DNA of 64,000 nucleotides, taken from positions 256,001 to 320,000 of the forward strand of contig CAWGMA010000002.1 in assembly GCA_963823555.1 (NCBI GenBank), in the 5' to 3' direction. Source of the DNA: Candidatus Eiseniibacteriota bacterium. Lineage in GTDB: Bacteria > Eisenbacteria > RBG-16-71-46 > CAVPCR01. The position numbers were made by a program, and so were the translations under genes. Shown here piece after piece: positions 19,331 to 34,966 of the stretch (positions are counted from its first letter, which is position 1; each line of letters opens with the position of its first letter). The notes under the pieces are model-generated. The model was not told the origin of the DNA and did no database searches. It was given only the letters and a program-made list of their open reading frames with translations.

Positions 19331-21782
19331 TCATGGTGCCATCGTGTCCCGGCGATCCGTCAATGCCCGCATGAACGTCGTGGCCCCCGCCGCCAGGTAG
19401 ACGAGCGCGCCCAGGATCAGTACGGCACGGAAGCCCCAGATCATGGTGAGCGGGATGTTGCCGACCGCCGCCACCACCGAGGCGAAGCCGTTGACGCCGA
19501 TCGCCCACGGCACCGCTTGCGACTCGGAGCGGGCGAGGAGGCTGAGTCCGGTCGGGAACGGGATCCCCATCAGGAAGCCGAGCGGGGCGACGATGAGGAA
19601 GACGATCGCGGCGCGCACCGCCAGTGCCGTTCCCTCCATCGCGGCCAGGATCGGCGCATGGAAGTCGAAGCGCGAGAAGGAGGACGAGGATCACGATGGC
19701 GGCGATCGCGGCCCGGATCGTCGGGAGCGCTCGCCCCGCGAGACGCCCGGTCCGCCCCGCCGCCATCGCCCCCAGGCTCGAGAAGAGGAGGAGCGCGAAC
19801 AGCGTGATCGAGATCGAGTAGCTCGGGTGCCCGAGGAAGAGGACGAAGCGCTGCATGAGGACGACCTCGACGACGAGGTAGGCGGCACCGAGCGCGAAGA
19901 AGTAGGCGAGCGCTCCGCCCAGCGCCGCCCGCGGCCGGCCGGCCGCGCGCGCGGCGCGGGAGAGGGCGCCGAGCGGGAGCAAGATGAAGACCGCCGCCAG
20001 GGCCGCGATCTCGAGCAGGAAGAGGACGAGGGGCTTCAGTTCTCCGAAGAAGTTGAAGAAGAAGAACGGGCGGTCGTCGGTCACCGAGCGTAGGAGCGGT
20101 GGCATGCGGGCGAAGATCTCGGCCTCGCGACCCGCCTGCGCCAGGTTCCAGAACTCCGCCATGTACGAAGGCACCGGGGATGTCGGGTGATAGACGTAGG
20201 CGAGGGGTTCCTCGAGGCCGAATCCCAGGTACTCATAGCTCGGGATGCGCACGCGCGGGAGCGCGGCGCCGCGCTGCAGATGAGCGTCGAGGGCGCGGAG
20301 CTCCGCAGGAGTGAACGGCGTGCGCTTCAAGAGCAGGTTCTGCCAGAAGCCCTGGCCGACGACGACCAGGTGCTGCCCCGGGGCGGTGGCGCCGTAGTCG
20401 TCACGCAGCACCTCGCAGGCGATGAGGGCGAGACGGAGCGCATCCTGGCCGAAGCGGAGGATGGAGACGACTCCCGTCTCCGGCTGGATGGCGCCGAGGA
20501 GATCGTGCAACGCCTCGCGCGTGTAGAGGTAGTTCTCGGCGAGGACGTTCGATCCGGGAGCCAGCGCGGTGCCGGTGTCGACTCCCGAGAGCTGGATCAC
20601 GTCGTAGCGAGTTGTGTTGCGGCGCAGGAACCCGCGGCCATCGGCGCAGACGATGCGCACGCCAGGGCGGTGGTAGGGGTCACCGAGGAAGTCGGCCATC
20701 GGGCCTTCGATGGCGGCGATCGCCGCCTGGTTGATCTCGACTCCGGTCACCGAGCGCGCGCCGTAGTGGAGCGCGGTGAAGATGTCGGGGCCGCCGCCGA
20801 GCCCGATCGCGAGCACCGAGTCGGGAGGCGGGCCCTCCTGAGTGGGGAAATAGGCGGCACCGTAGACCGTCCCCGCGAAGAACGGCGCGCCGAGCGCGGA
20901 GTCCGCGGGGAAGGCGATCAGGATCGAGCCGTTCGACCCGTCCTGGCTGTAGAAGCGGGAGGGTACGACCGCTGGCAGGAACACGCGATCGTCACCGAGC
21001 GAATGGATCTCGATCCGGCCGACGGGATCCCACAGCGAGTACTCGCGGCTTACCGCAAGGGCGGCGGCTTGGCGATCCCCGGCGGCGCGCGCCTTCTCCA
21101 CCACGGCGACCAGGGATTCGAGCTGGCCGTAGCGGGGCGGGAAGTCCAGCAAGCGGGGTGCGAGGGCCAAGCCGATCGCGAGCCCGATCGCCGCCGTGGC
21201 GGCGATCCGCCGCAGCGGGCCAGTGGCGAGAGCCCAGGCGATGAGCGCACCTCCGAGGGCGACACCGAGGATCATGCGCTCGAGGCCGAGCAGGGGCAGG
21301 AGCGGGATGAAGGCGAGGCAGCCCAGGCTCGAGCCGAGGAGGTTCGCGAAGTAACGGCGATGGATCGCCGCCGGCGGCCCGGAGAGGAGCTTCGCGATCG
21401 CGAGCCCGAGGAGGAAGTGCGGCACCGTGAGCCCGGCGAGGAGGACGGCGAGGAGCGGGTACTCCCCCAGCGCCGCCACCTTCCGCGGCGACACGAAGAG
21501 GGCGAAGGCGATGTGGGCGAACGGGACGGTGATCGCGAAGCCGAGGACGGCGCGGGCGGCGAGCGCCCGCGGGTCGGCGGCGAGCCAGCGCGGAGCCATC
21601 GCCATCACCGTTCCGCTGGCGCCGAGTCCGAGGAGCGTGATGGCGATGGCGACGTAGACGACGGTGGGGAAGAGCGAATAGGAGAAGAGCCGGATCTGCG
21701 CCAGCTCGAGCGTGAGGAGAAGGAAGGAGATGGCGGCGAGCGCCAGGGCGAGAACGCTCTCCGAACGATCGGGACGATTCAT
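19331..21782 (-). CDS. Polytopic membrane protein with spermidine-synthase-like SAM domain (apparent +1 frameshift near 19670)
   Basis: N-terminal TM block; VLAIGLGGGPD, GVEIN, DGRGFL, YDVIQLSGVDT, ENYLYTREA. The C-terminal TM block continues in another frame (FDFHAPILAAMEG...PLGFLMGIPFPTGL...WAIGVNGFASV). Confidence 0.8.
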
Positions 21783-23545
21783 GGGCTCGGTGTGGCGCGA
21801 TCAGCCCGGGCCCCCGCAGTACGGGCCCCCGCAGCGCCGGCGCCTGCCTCGGATTCCGCTGCTGAATCGACCCGAGTCGCCGGCGCGGCATGCCACTGGT
21901 CCTTCGGCACCACCACCGCCTGGCCCGGCTGCGATTCGAAGTGCGGCGACATGATCTGGACCCCGAACTCGTTGAACGCGTCCTGGATCTGGCCGTGAAG
22001 CGCGGAGAGGACATCGAATCGCTTCATGGGGTCCACGAGCCGGAATCGCAGCTCGTACTCGACGAAGAAGTCGCTGAGCGCTCGCTGCAGCACGAATGGG
22101 GCCGGCTCCTTGCGGATGCCGTTCGTGCGGTCGGCGGCGATCTGGAGCAGGGCATGGACCTGCCGCCACGGCGCGTCATAGCCGATCGTGAGGGAAGTTG
22201 TGGCCGCCATGCCGTCCTCGTCAGCGAGCCGGGAGAAATTCGTCAGCTTCGAGCCGACGAGCACCGCGTTGGGGATCGTGACCTCCTCGCGGCGGTGTGT
22301 CCTGAGCTTGGTAGAGAGGATGCCGATCTCGGTCACGACCCCGGCCGTATCGCCGACCTGCACGATCTCGCCCGACCTGAGAGCGCGGGAGTAGATGGCG
22401 ACGAACCCGCTCATGATCTGGTTCACGAAACCGGCCGAGCCGAGGGAGATCATGAGACCGGCGAGCACGCTGACGCCCTTGAAGGCCTCCGAGTCGGAGC
22501 CAGGGATGTACGGGTAGGCGACCGTGACGGCGAACAGCCAGATGATCACCGACGCGATGCGGCGAGTGGCCTTGGCGGTATCGGGCTCCAGCCACCTCAC
22601 GGATATGATCCCCATCTCGACGCGCCGGATGATCCCGTCCACGGTCCGGGCCACGAACTGGGTGATGAAGAAGATGATGGCGACGGTGAAGAGTCCCGGA
22701 ATGGCATGCAGGGCGTTGAGCGCGAGACGTTGCAGGATCCCAAGGAGGTACCCGCCGAGGCGATCCGCCCACGGCTTGGTGTATGGGAACTGCGAGAGCA
22801 CGAAGGTCAGCCACAGGTATCCGAAGAAGATGCCGGCAGCCCAGGTCACGAGCCCGATGATGTCGCGCTGTAGCCCGCGGATCATCGGTCGGAGATTGAC
22901 CCCGAAGGCCCGCAGCTTGCGCGAGAATTTCGTCTTCTGTAACCGATCGAGAGCCTGGTAACGAAGTCGCACGATGGCCAGGATGATCAGCGCGAAGAGC
23001 ACGGTCGCAGCGACAGAGAGCCCGATGCTGCGCAAGATCAGCTGGGGGCGTTCCTGGGCGATCCGGGCGTCGAGCACGGCACGGAGTTGTTGCACCGCGT
23101 GTGCGGACACCGATTCCATCGTCTCGCCGCTGGCCGGATCGATGTCCTCGTTGAGAATGGCGAGGACCATGCTGTTTCCGACCGCGACGATGGTGCCCGC
23201 GTAATCTCCGATGCGGCCCGGGACCGCCGTGATCTCCTGCTCGAGCGCCGCGTCCGGCAACTCCAGAATGCGGGCTTCCATCCCCCGTGCGCGTTGCTCG
23301 GGCGTGCGATCTCCGACCGGAGCCCTGACGACGAGAATCGGCCGGTTCCACACGGTGACCGTGGCCGGTTCGGCACTCGGGGTAGGATCCATCCTGACGG
23401 CCGGCGAAGTCGGGCGCGGTGCGGGAGCCGAAGTGGCAACACCCGCCGAGTCAGCCACGCTGCTTCCGCCCGTCTGCGCCAGCGCGCCGCCGGCCGAGAT
23501 CATCATCAACACGCAAGGCAGCAGCAGTCGGTGTCTTGCCGTCAT
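21779..23545 (-). CDS. Small-conductance mechanosensitive channel (MscS family) with periplasmic N-terminal domain
   Basis: Signal peptide; TM helices; GEIVQVGDTAGVVTEIGILSTKL, VTIPNAVL, IGYDAPWRQV, FNEFGVQIMSPHF. Confidence 0.92.
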   Translation of the reverse strand: MTARHRLLLPCVLMMISAGGALAQTGGSSVADSAGVATSAPAPRPTSPAVRMDPTPSAEPATVTVWNRPILVVRAPVGDRTPEQRARGMEARILELPDAALEQEITAVPGRIGDYAGTIVAVGNSMVLAILNEDIDPASGETMESVSAHAVQQLRAVLDARIAQERPQLILRSIGLSVAATVLFALIILAIVRLRYQALDRLQKTKFSRKLRAFGVNLRPMIRGLQRDIIGLVTWAAGIFFGYLWLTFVLSQFPYTKPWADRLGGYLLGILQRLALNALHAIPGLFTVAIIFFITQFVARTVDGIIRRVEMGIISVRWLEPDTAKATRRIASVIIWLFAVTVAYPYIPGSDSEAFKGVSVLAGLMISLGSAGFVNQIMSGFVAIYSRALRSGEIVQVGDTAGVVTEIGILSTKLRTHRREEVTIPNAVLVGSKLTNFSRLADEDGMAATTSLTIGYDAPWRQVHALLQIAADRTNGIRKEPAPFVLQRALSDFFVEYELRFRLVDPMKRFDVLSALHGQIQDAFNEFGVQIMSPHFESQPGQAVVVPKDQWHAAPATRVDSAAESEAGAGAAGARTAGARADRATPSP

Positions 23546-23751
23546 GGGAACCTCGTCAGCTCGGGTCATCCAAGCTGCGTCCATCGGATGGATTCATGGT
23601 CGTGGCTGGCCCTACCAGCCGACGATCCTACTACGGGATGAGGTTGGTTGTCCGCCACGCTGGTTGCGGCCGCCCCGGGGAGTCCCTAAGCTCCTTCAAT
23701 CTCGCCTGCCTTTGCTACTTGTCTTCCGCACCTGGAATCCAAGAGGGAGCC

Positions 23752-26397
<2,646 letters not shown>

Positions 26398-26438
26398 GGC
26401 AGTTCAAGCTCGAGAGATCGTGAGCGCGTCCTCGCCGA

Positions 26439-26801
26439 TCACGAGGCGGCGGTGCGGACCGCCGATTCTTCATCCTCCGCGTGCGGGATGACGCGGAGCA
26501 GCCACGTGGTGTCGAAGAGCACGCGCAGGGACTTGTTGAGGCCAGTCAAGCAGAGCTTGCCTCCTGCGTTGGTCGCCGAGACGTGGACCGACGCCAGGAT
26601 GCCGAGGCCGGTCGAGTCTACCTTCGGGGTGCCTTCGAGGTTGACGACGACGCGCTTCTGTCCGGACTGAATGTCCTTGCGCACGGTTTCGAGCCATTCG
26701 AAGCAGGTATCACGACCGTTGAGGGGGCCATGGGTCCTGTAGATGGCGATACTGCCCTCTGGATCGACCTGCCTTTCGGCGCTAAAGATCGGATTCTCCA
26801 T
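26439..26801 (-). CDS. STAS-domain anti-sigma factor antagonist
   Basis: [19 protein letters not shown] (D-S-x-G phosphorylation motif), GGKLCL. Confidence 0.88.
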   Translation of the reverse strand: MENPIFSAERQVDPEGSIAIYRTHGPLNGRDTCFEWLETVRKDIQSGQKRVVVNLEGTPKVDSTGLGILASVHVSATNAGGKLCLTGLNKSLRVLFDTTWLLRVIPHAEDEESAVRTAAS

Positions 26802-26961
26802 CGCTGGCCTCTCGGGAGATAGAAGTGGTGCGCAGCCACTGGAAGCTTCCGGATGCTACCACGAGATGAGTCTGTGGCATACTAATGTCCCTGCCGGCCC
26901 CCGCTGCCGGCTCCGCCCGGTCCCGAGTCCCTTGCCATCCCATTCCATGGAGGCCGACGCG

Positions 26962-28914
<1,953 letters not shown>

Positions 28915-29028
28915 GCGGATTGACAAGCATCTTGTGACGGCCAGGTCCAGCGTGCTAGCATCGCCCCGTGCCGCAGGGTATCCCCACTGTGTGTCCTATC
29001 ACGTCTGGAAACGAAGAGAGCAAATCCC

Positions 29029-29457
29029 ATGAGCCGTCATGTGCAAGAGGTGGAGAGGATCAAGCATCAACTCTCCGAGGACATTACCAATCTCAAGCGA
29101 TTGGCGGAGACCATTCCCCAGCTTCTCGAGCGCAAGCAGCGACAGCTCGAACGCCTGACCGATGTGTCGCGCTCGATGGAACAGGAAGACGCGGAGATCA
29201 CGGCGTTGATCGCCCGCTACGCCGAGTCACGCCCGGTGATGAGAGCCGCGTCCCGACGGCGGGGGCGCAGCCTGCCGACCGACATCATGTCGTTGCTGCA
29301 TGCCGCAGGCCCGCGCGGGGCGAGCCTCGACGACCTTTTCGACGGCATCAGCAAGACACGTCAGATCTCGAAGCAGAATCTGTCGAGCACGCTGAGTCGC
29401 ATGAAGAGCATGGGCAAGATCGGCAAAGAGAACGGCTTGTTCATGGCTGCTGAGTAG
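29029..29457 (+). CDS. Hypothetical coiled-coil plus winged-helix protein
   Basis: N-terminal heptad pattern, basic linker SRRRGRS, C-terminal wHTH-like segment (IMSLL...ASLDDLF...LSSTLSRMKSMGKI..ENGLF). Confidence 0.6.
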   Translation: MSRHVQEVERIKHQLSEDITNLKRLAETIPQLLERKQRQLERLTDVSRSMEQEDAEITALIARYAESRPVMRAASRRRGRSLPTDIMSLLHAAGPRGASLDDLFDGISKTRQISKQNLSSTLSRMKSMGKIGKENGLFMAAE

Positions 29458-29466
29458 GGGGCGGGC

Positions 29467-29880
29467 ATGAATGCGGTCAACGCGAGTGATCTACGGGAGT
29501 TGCTTCGCGACTTGAAGCCGGCTGTGCCCGAGCCGACGTGGGACCTCCTGGTCTACTGCCGGTTTCTGAGCGAAAGGCTGTCGGCCTCGGGTGCGATCAG
29601 CGGCGGCGATCTTGCTGCGCTCGCCGAAGAGCTGATTGGCGATCTCAAGTCCGGGGTCGACAGGAGGAGCGGGTCGACGTTCGATCCACCGCTCGTGAGC
29701 GGCCGCAGCGACCTCGTGTACAACCACTTCCGGTCGAGGCTCGAAGTGGTGGCCGAACGCGCCGGCGGGAGCGAGTTCATGGCGGCCGTGGCCGCCGGTC
29801 TCAGGCCGGTCGTGCCCGCGCCCAGGCCCAAGGCGGAGGAGCCCAAGGCGGAAGAGCCCAAGGCGGCCCCGGCGGGCTAG
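29467..29880 (+). CDS. Hypothetical protein
   Basis: 137-aa ORF directly downstream, ending in PKAEE repeats; no family recognised. Confidence 0.55.
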   Translation: MNAVNASDLRELLRDLKPAVPEPTWDLLVYCRFLSERLSASGAISGGDLAALAEELIGDLKSGVDRRSGSTFDPPLVSGRSDLVYNHFRSRLEVVAERAGGSEFMAAVAAGLRPVVPAPRPKAEEPKAEEPKAAPAG

Positions 29881-30638
29881 AGGTGCGGCCGGGCGAGGAG
29901 ATCGGCGAGCGGGTGGGCCTCCATCCAGCGCACGAGCTCGACCAGATTCGCCACCGCATGTTCGATGAGGGTCGCTCCGGCTTCCGGACGGGCGAGCGTC
30001 GGATAGCCGATGTTGCCGTGCGGCGTGAAGTCGAGCGTGTCGAAGTAGACCTGGCCGCCGTGGATGGGCCTGGCCCAGCTCGCCGGCACGTCGACTGCCG
30101 CCTCGGGCTTCATCCATTCGGGGAAGAGATGGAGCCCGACCGAGGTTTCCATGGCGCAGGCATGGCCGATGATCGATGCTCCCTTCTCGCCGAGTAGCTT
30201 CGTGAGAAGCCCCTCTTCGAGGCCGCGCCACCAGTCGTAGACGGCGCAGGCCATGCCCTCCTGCCGCAGGTTCATGGCCGCCTCGGCGAGCACCCCTGAG
30301 TTTCCGCCATGGCCGTTGACCGCGATCATCTTCTCGACACCGTGGCTCTTGAGCGAGCGGGCGATGTCGAGCACGACCTCGCGGAAGAGCTCGCTCCGGA
30401 GCGTCAGGGTGCCGAAGAACTGGCGGTGATGCGGCGAGATGCCGTAGGGCAGCGTGGGTAGGATCACCAGATCGTGCCGCGCCTCGGCGCCGAGGGCGAT
30501 GCGCTCGGCGGTGACGTGATCGGTGGCCAGCGGCATGTGGCGACCGTGCTGCTCGACGCTGCCGACCGGCAACAGCGCCACGCGGCCGGATAACGCCTCG
30601 CCCGCCTCGGGCCAGGTCAGTTCACGCAATCGTGCCAT
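29877..30638 (-). CDS. Creatininase/creatinine amidohydrolase family protein
   Basis: PVGSVEQHGRHMPLATD, VNGHGGN, GHACAMETS. Confidence 0.93.
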   Translation of the reverse strand: MARLRELTWPEAGEALSGRVALLPVGSVEQHGRHMPLATDHVTAERIALGAEARHDLVILPTLPYGISPHHRQFFGTLTLRSELFREVVLDIARSLKSHGVEKMIAVNGHGGNSGVLAEAAMNLRQEGMACAVYDWWRGLEEGLLTKLLGEKGASIIGHACAMETSVGLHLFPEWMKPEAAVDVPASWARPIHGGQVYFDTLDFTPHGNIGYPTLARPEAGATLIEHAVANLVELVRWMEAHPLADLLARPHL

Positions 30639-30666
30639 GGGGCGAGAATAGCACGCGAGGTTGTCG

Positions 30667-31176
30667 ATGAGACCCTTCCGTTACTGTCCCTACTGCGGGA
30701 TCGAGCTCGTGCCGCGGCGGAACGCGGGCGAGCACGAGGCACTCCCCACCTGTCCGGGCTGCGGCTACATCGCGTACATGAACGCCAAGCCCTGCGCCGG
30801 GGCGCTGGTGGTCCGCGATGGCCGGGTTCTCCTCATCAAGCGCAACCGTGAGCCGTTTCTCGGCTGGTGGGATGTGCCTGGCGGCTATCTCGAGTACGGG
30901 GAGTATCCCGATCACGCGGCGCGCCGCGAGATCCGCGAGGAGACGGGGCTCGAGGTCCGTCTGACACGGCTCCTGGGCATCTACATGAGCCGCTATGGAC
31001 CGGACGAGCAGCGCACGCTCGATCTCATCTATCTCGCCGAGGTGGTGGGGGGTGAGGAGCGGCCGGGGGACGATGCGGAGGAGATCGGTTGGTTCGCCCC
31101 GCAGGAGTTGCCGGCGGAGGTCGCCTTCGATTCCGGGCCCGCTGCGCTCGCGGATTGGGTGAGGCTGGCGGAGTAG
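30667..31176 (+). CDS. NUDIX hydrolase with N-terminal zinc ribbon
   Basis: CPYCG...CPGCG; Nudix box GGYLEYGEYPDHAARREIREETG. Confidence 0.93.
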   Translation: MRPFRYCPYCGIELVPRRNAGEHEALPTCPGCGYIAYMNAKPCAGALVVRDGRVLLIKRNREPFLGWWDVPGGYLEYGEYPDHAARREIREETGLEVRLTRLLGIYMSRYGPDEQRTLDLIYLAEVVGGEERPGDDAEEIGWFAPQELPAEVAFDSGPAALADWVRLAE

Positions 31177-31201
31177 GTCCGGCGCCCGCGGCAGGGCGGG
31201 G

Positions 31202-31669
31202 CTAGCGGATCACGCCCTCCTTGCCGGCGAGCCGGCGCAGGAGTCCGGTCTGCCCCACGTGGTAGGTCTCGTGGAACTGGAGGAAGGCGAGCTGTTTCGC
31301 GACCGTGGACTGGCCGTGTTCGGCGGCGAGTTCGCCGTCGGTCAGCGTCTCGAGGCGTGCCATGAGCCGTGCCTGCGAGCTCTCGAGGGCGGCGAGAATC
31401 GCGGGCAGAGGATGGGCGCGGGTGGGATCGAGCTGGGCTGCGCCACGCACGTAGGGCTCAGCCTCGGACTCGGTCCACACGGGGGGTTCGCCGAGGAGCG
31501 CGAAGATGCCGTTCCGGCTCGCCACGATGTGCCCGAGGACCCAGTTGAGCGTGTTCCCGCCTGTTCCCGATCGGGCGAGGCTCTGCTCGTGACTGATGCC
31601 CTCAGCATGTTTCTTGAGCACCCAGTGATTGTTGGTGAAGTTCATCGTGAGGGCGTCTCGAAGATTCAT
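31202..31669 (-). CDS. DinB/YfiT family protein
   Basis: NWVLGHI and FHETYHVGQ..LLRR metal-binding His motifs. Confidence 0.88.
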   Translation of the reverse strand: MNLRDALTMNFTNNHWVLKKHAEGISHEQSLARSGTGGNTLNWVLGHIVASRNGIFALLGEPPVWTESEAEPYVRGAAQLDPTRAHPLPAILAALESSQARLMARLETLTDGELAAEHGQSTVAKQLAFLQFHETYHVGQTGLLRRLAGKEGVIR

Positions 31670-31687
31670 CCCTGACTCCGTTGGCTG

Positions 31688-32791
31688 CTAGCGCTTCTCG
31701 TTGCCCGCCGCCCGGAAGCGGGCGAGCTGTTCCTGCAAGTAGGTCGACTCGGGATCGAGCGCGAGGGCGCTCGCGGCGGTGGCGATCGCCTGGTCCACCT
31801 CGCCGCGGCGAAAGTGCACCTCGGCGAGCGTGTCGAGGATCTCGGCGCTCCCGGGCTCGATCTCGGCGGCGAGCTCGGCGGCGGTGAGCGCATCGTCCAG
31901 GTGCATGCCTGCGAGCGCGGTGAACCAGGCCAGTCCGTTCAGGAGACTGGCATCTCGCGTGCCCTGGGCGAGAACCCGCGCCAGCGTCTGCCCGACGAGG
32001 TCGTTCTCGCGCGTGGCGAGCGCCGAGTCGCCGTGGGCCAGGTACTCCTCGGCGTAGCGCAGGTGAGCGCGCACGAGATCGCCGGCCTCGTGCATCTCGT
32101 AGACGCGGCGTATCTCGGCGATGGGCTCGGGATGGTCCTCGACGCGGAGATCGACATACCGCGTGCGGTATTCGGGGTAACGTTCGCTCGGGCGGACGAC
32201 CAGGATCGCCGCCGACTGCTGGCCGCGCTTGTCACCGCCCGCCTCCTGGGCTGCTTCGAGGGCGGCGATGAGGCGGCGCGAGAGCTCACCGGGCGTTGTC
32301 GTATACGCCCGAGCCATGGCCTCGACCACCGCCTCGCCGGCGAGAATGTTCCCCTGGCATGAATAGCCGGATCCGGCGCGGTGCCCCGCCCAGTCGAGGC
32401 AGCCCGATCCGGTGTGCACGGCGACTCGCCCGGCGGCATCGACGATGGCGAGCTGCCGGCGCTCGGGATCGTCATCGCGCGCGAGGAGGGTGTCGAGCGC
32501 GGATTGCGCGTCGAGGCCCGCCGCGAGGAGCGCGAGCCCGTTCGGTCCGAACGATTCGTTGGTCGAGGCCTGGGTGGCGATGGCGCCGATCGAGGCTTCG
32601 GCCCAGGGCACGGCGGCTCCCACGCTGAACGCGCGGGACTGGACCGCCACCCCGAGCTCGCCGGTGACCGAATCGCGCGCGACGATCGAGAAGGTGCCGG
32701 TCGCGGGCTCGGCGCCGACCGCGGGGACGAGCGCCGCAACGAGCCCGATCGCGAGGATCGCCGTGATGAGGATGATCTTGAATCCGTTCAT
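31688..32791 (-). CDS. DUF1028 (Ntn-hydrolase-like) protein with C-terminal TPR
   Basis: Signal peptide; TFSIVARD, GNILAG, GGDKRGQQSAA, VDLRVEDH; C-terminal TPR (LNGLAW...LDTLAEVHF). Confidence 0.88.
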   Translation of the reverse strand: MNGFKIILITAILAIGLVAALVPAVGAEPATGTFSIVARDSVTGELGVAVQSRAFSVGAAVPWAEASIGAIATQASTNESFGPNGLALLAAGLDAQSALDTLLARDDDPERRQLAIVDAAGRVAVHTGSGCLDWAGHRAGSGYSCQGNILAGEAVVEAMARAYTTTPGELSRRLIAALEAAQEAGGDKRGQQSAAILVVRPSERYPEYRTRYVDLRVEDHPEPIAEIRRVYEMHEAGDLVRAHLRYAEEYLAHGDSALATRENDLVGQTLARVLAQGTRDASLLNGLAWFTALAGMHLDDALTAAELAAEIEPGSAEILDTLAEVHFRRGEVDQAIATAASALALDPESTYLQEQLARFRAAGNEKR

Positions 32792-32945
32792 GACGAGGTC
32801 TCCCCAGCTCCTGGACGGCGCCGGCGATTATTGGACTCCGCCACGGCGAAATGCAATCGGCTTGTGGGGCGAAGCGGGGTATGCTCGTGCGACTCGAAGC
32901 GCTAAGCAGCGCACCTTTCGTCTGGGTTCAGCTGGAGGACGACGG

Positions 32946-34913
32946 ATGATATCACCGGTGAGCGCGGCCCCCTTTGGATCGTGGAAGTCGCCGATCACGG
33001 CGGATCGCGTCGTGGCGGCGGGGATCCGCATCGCGACCATCCGCCTCGCCGGGGATGACACGTACTGGATCGAGGCCCGGCCCGCGGAGAAGGGGCGTGC
33101 GGTCATCGTCCGGCGGCAGGCGGACGGGAGCACCGCCGACCTTCTTGCCGCGCCCTGGAGCGCCCGCACCCGGGTGCACGAATATGGCGGCGGCGCCTAC
33201 GTGGTCGCCGGGGGAGATGTCCTCTTCAGCCACTTCGACGATCAGCGGCTGTATCGGGTGACGCCAGGGGCGCCGCCCCGGCCCGTCACGCCGGAGCGAG
33301 CGGCGTTTCGCTACGCCGATGCGGCGGTCGATGCTCGGCGCCAGCGTCTCATCTGCGTGCGGGAGGATCATTCCGCGCGCGAGCGGGAGCCCGTGAACAC
33401 CCTGGTCGCGGTCGGCCTCGACGGCCCGCTGGAAGCCGGTCGCGTCCTCGTTGCGGGGCATGACTTCTACTCGTCACCGGCGATTTCGCCCGATGGCGCC
33501 CGCGTTGCCTGGCTCGCCTGGAACCACCCCAACATGCCCTGGGATGGGACGGAGCTGTGGGCGGCCGACATCGCCGCCGACGGGTCCTTCTCCTCTCCGC
33601 AGAAAGTGGCGGGTGGGATGGAGGAATCGATCTTCCAGCCCGGATGGTCGCCGGACGGGGTGCTCCACTTCGTGTCGGATCGCACAGGATTCTGGAACCT
33701 CTTTCGCCTGGATTCCCGCGGCGGCGCCATGGAACCCCTCTGTCCGCTCGACGCCGAGTTCGGCCTGCCGCAGTGGGGCTTCGCCATGTCGACCTACGGC
33801 TTCACGGAGGACGGCCGGATCGCCGCCGCTTACACCCAGGGTGGTGTCTGGCGGCTCCTCGTCCTCGATCCCGAGTCCCGGCGAGCCGACGCGCTGGATC
33901 TCCCCTGGACCGAGATCTCCTCCTATGCCGGGGTCCGTGTTGCCGGTCACCGTGTGGTGTGTGTCGCCGGTTCCGCCACTGAGCCCGAATCGCTGGTGGA
34001 GGTCGACATCCGGTCCGGTGCGACGCAGGTGCTGCGACGTCCGGATGGCGAGGCGGTCGATTCCGACTACTGCTCCGTTCCCGAAGCCATCGAGTTCCCG
34101 ACGACCGGGGAGCGCAAGGCCTACGCCTTCTACTACCGGCCGCGGAACCGGGACTTCGCCGCCCCCACGGGCGAGCGGCCGCCGCTCCTCGTCATGAGCC
34201 ACGGCGGTCCGACCGGGGCGGCGGGGAGCGCGCTCGAGCTCGAGATCCAGTACTGGACGAGCCGTGGTATCGCGGTCCTGAACGTGAACTACGGCGGATC
34301 GTCCGGCTACGGGCGCGCCTACCGCGAGCGGCTGAACGGGCAGTGGGGAGTGGTCGACGTCGATGACTGTGTGAATGGAGCGCTCCATCTCGTGGCGCGC
34401 GGTGAGGTCGATGGCGGGCGGCTCGCGATCACGGGAGGGAGCGCCGGCGGGTTCACGACGCTCTCGGCTCTCACCTTCCGCGATGCGTTCCGGGCGGGCG
34501 CCAGCCACTATGGAGTGAGCGACCTGGAGGCGCTCGCCCGCGACACGCACAAGTTCGAGTCGCGCTACATGGATCGACTGATCGGTCCGTATCCGGAGCG
34601 CAAGGATCTCTACGTGGCGCGCTCGCCGATCCACGCCACGGACCGCCTGTCGTGCCCGGTCATCTTCTTCCAGGGGCTCGATGATCCGGTGGTGCCTCCC
34701 AATCAGGCCGAGCGGATGGTCGAGGCGCTGCGCGAGAAGGGACTGCCGGTGGCCTATGTGGCCTTCCCCGGCGAGCAGCATGGCTTCCGGCAGAGCACGA
34801 ACATGAAGCGCGCGCTGGAGGCGGAGCTCTTCTTCTACTCCCGCGTGTTCGGATTCGAGCTGGCCGATCCGGTCGAGCCGGTGGTGATCGAGAACCTGGG
34901 CGTGGCGCGGTGA
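32946..34913 (+). CDS. S9 family (prolyl oligopeptidase / dipeptidyl aminopeptidase) peptidase
   Basis: APFGSWKSPI N-terminus, WNHPNMPWDGT, HGGPT, GGSAGG nucleophile, D(PVVPPNQ), GEQHGF. Confidence 0.93.
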   Translation: MISPVSAAPFGSWKSPITADRVVAAGIRIATIRLAGDDTYWIEARPAEKGRAVIVRRQADGSTADLLAAPWSARTRVHEYGGGAYVVAGGDVLFSHFDDQRLYRVTPGAPPRPVTPERAAFRYADAAVDARRQRLICVREDHSAREREPVNTLVAVGLDGPLEAGRVLVAGHDFYSSPAISPDGARVAWLAWNHPNMPWDGTELWAADIAADGSFSSPQKVAGGMEESIFQPGWSPDGVLHFVSDRTGFWNLFRLDSRGGAMEPLCPLDAEFGLPQWGFAMSTYGFTEDGRIAAAYTQGGVWRLLVLDPESRRADALDLPWTEISSYAGVRVAGHRVVCVAGSATEPESLVEVDIRSGATQVLRRPDGEAVDSDYCSVPEAIEFPTTGERKAYAFYYRPRNRDFAAPTGERPPLLVMSHGGPTGAAGSALELEIQYWTSRGIAVLNVNYGGSSGYGRAYRERLNGQWGVVDVDDCVNGALHLVARGEVDGGRLAITGGSAGGFTTLSALTFRDAFRAGASHYGVSDLEALARDTHKFESRYMDRLIGPYPERKDLYVARSPIHATDRLSCPVIFFQGLDDPVVPPNQAERMVEALREKGLPVAYVAFPGEQHGFRQSTNMKRALEAELFFYSRVFGFELADPVEPVVIENLGVAR

Positions 34914-34921
34914 ACTGCGTT

Positions 34922-34964
34922 TGACGGCGGGCTGAGGAGCGCCCTCGGCTGCGAACCGCCGTCA
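34922..34964. terminator. Hairpin between convergent genes (possible bidirectional terminator)
   Basis: Outer stem tgacggcgg/ccgccgtca with inner stem gctgagg/cctcggc. Confidence 0.55.
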
Positions 34965-34966
34965 GC

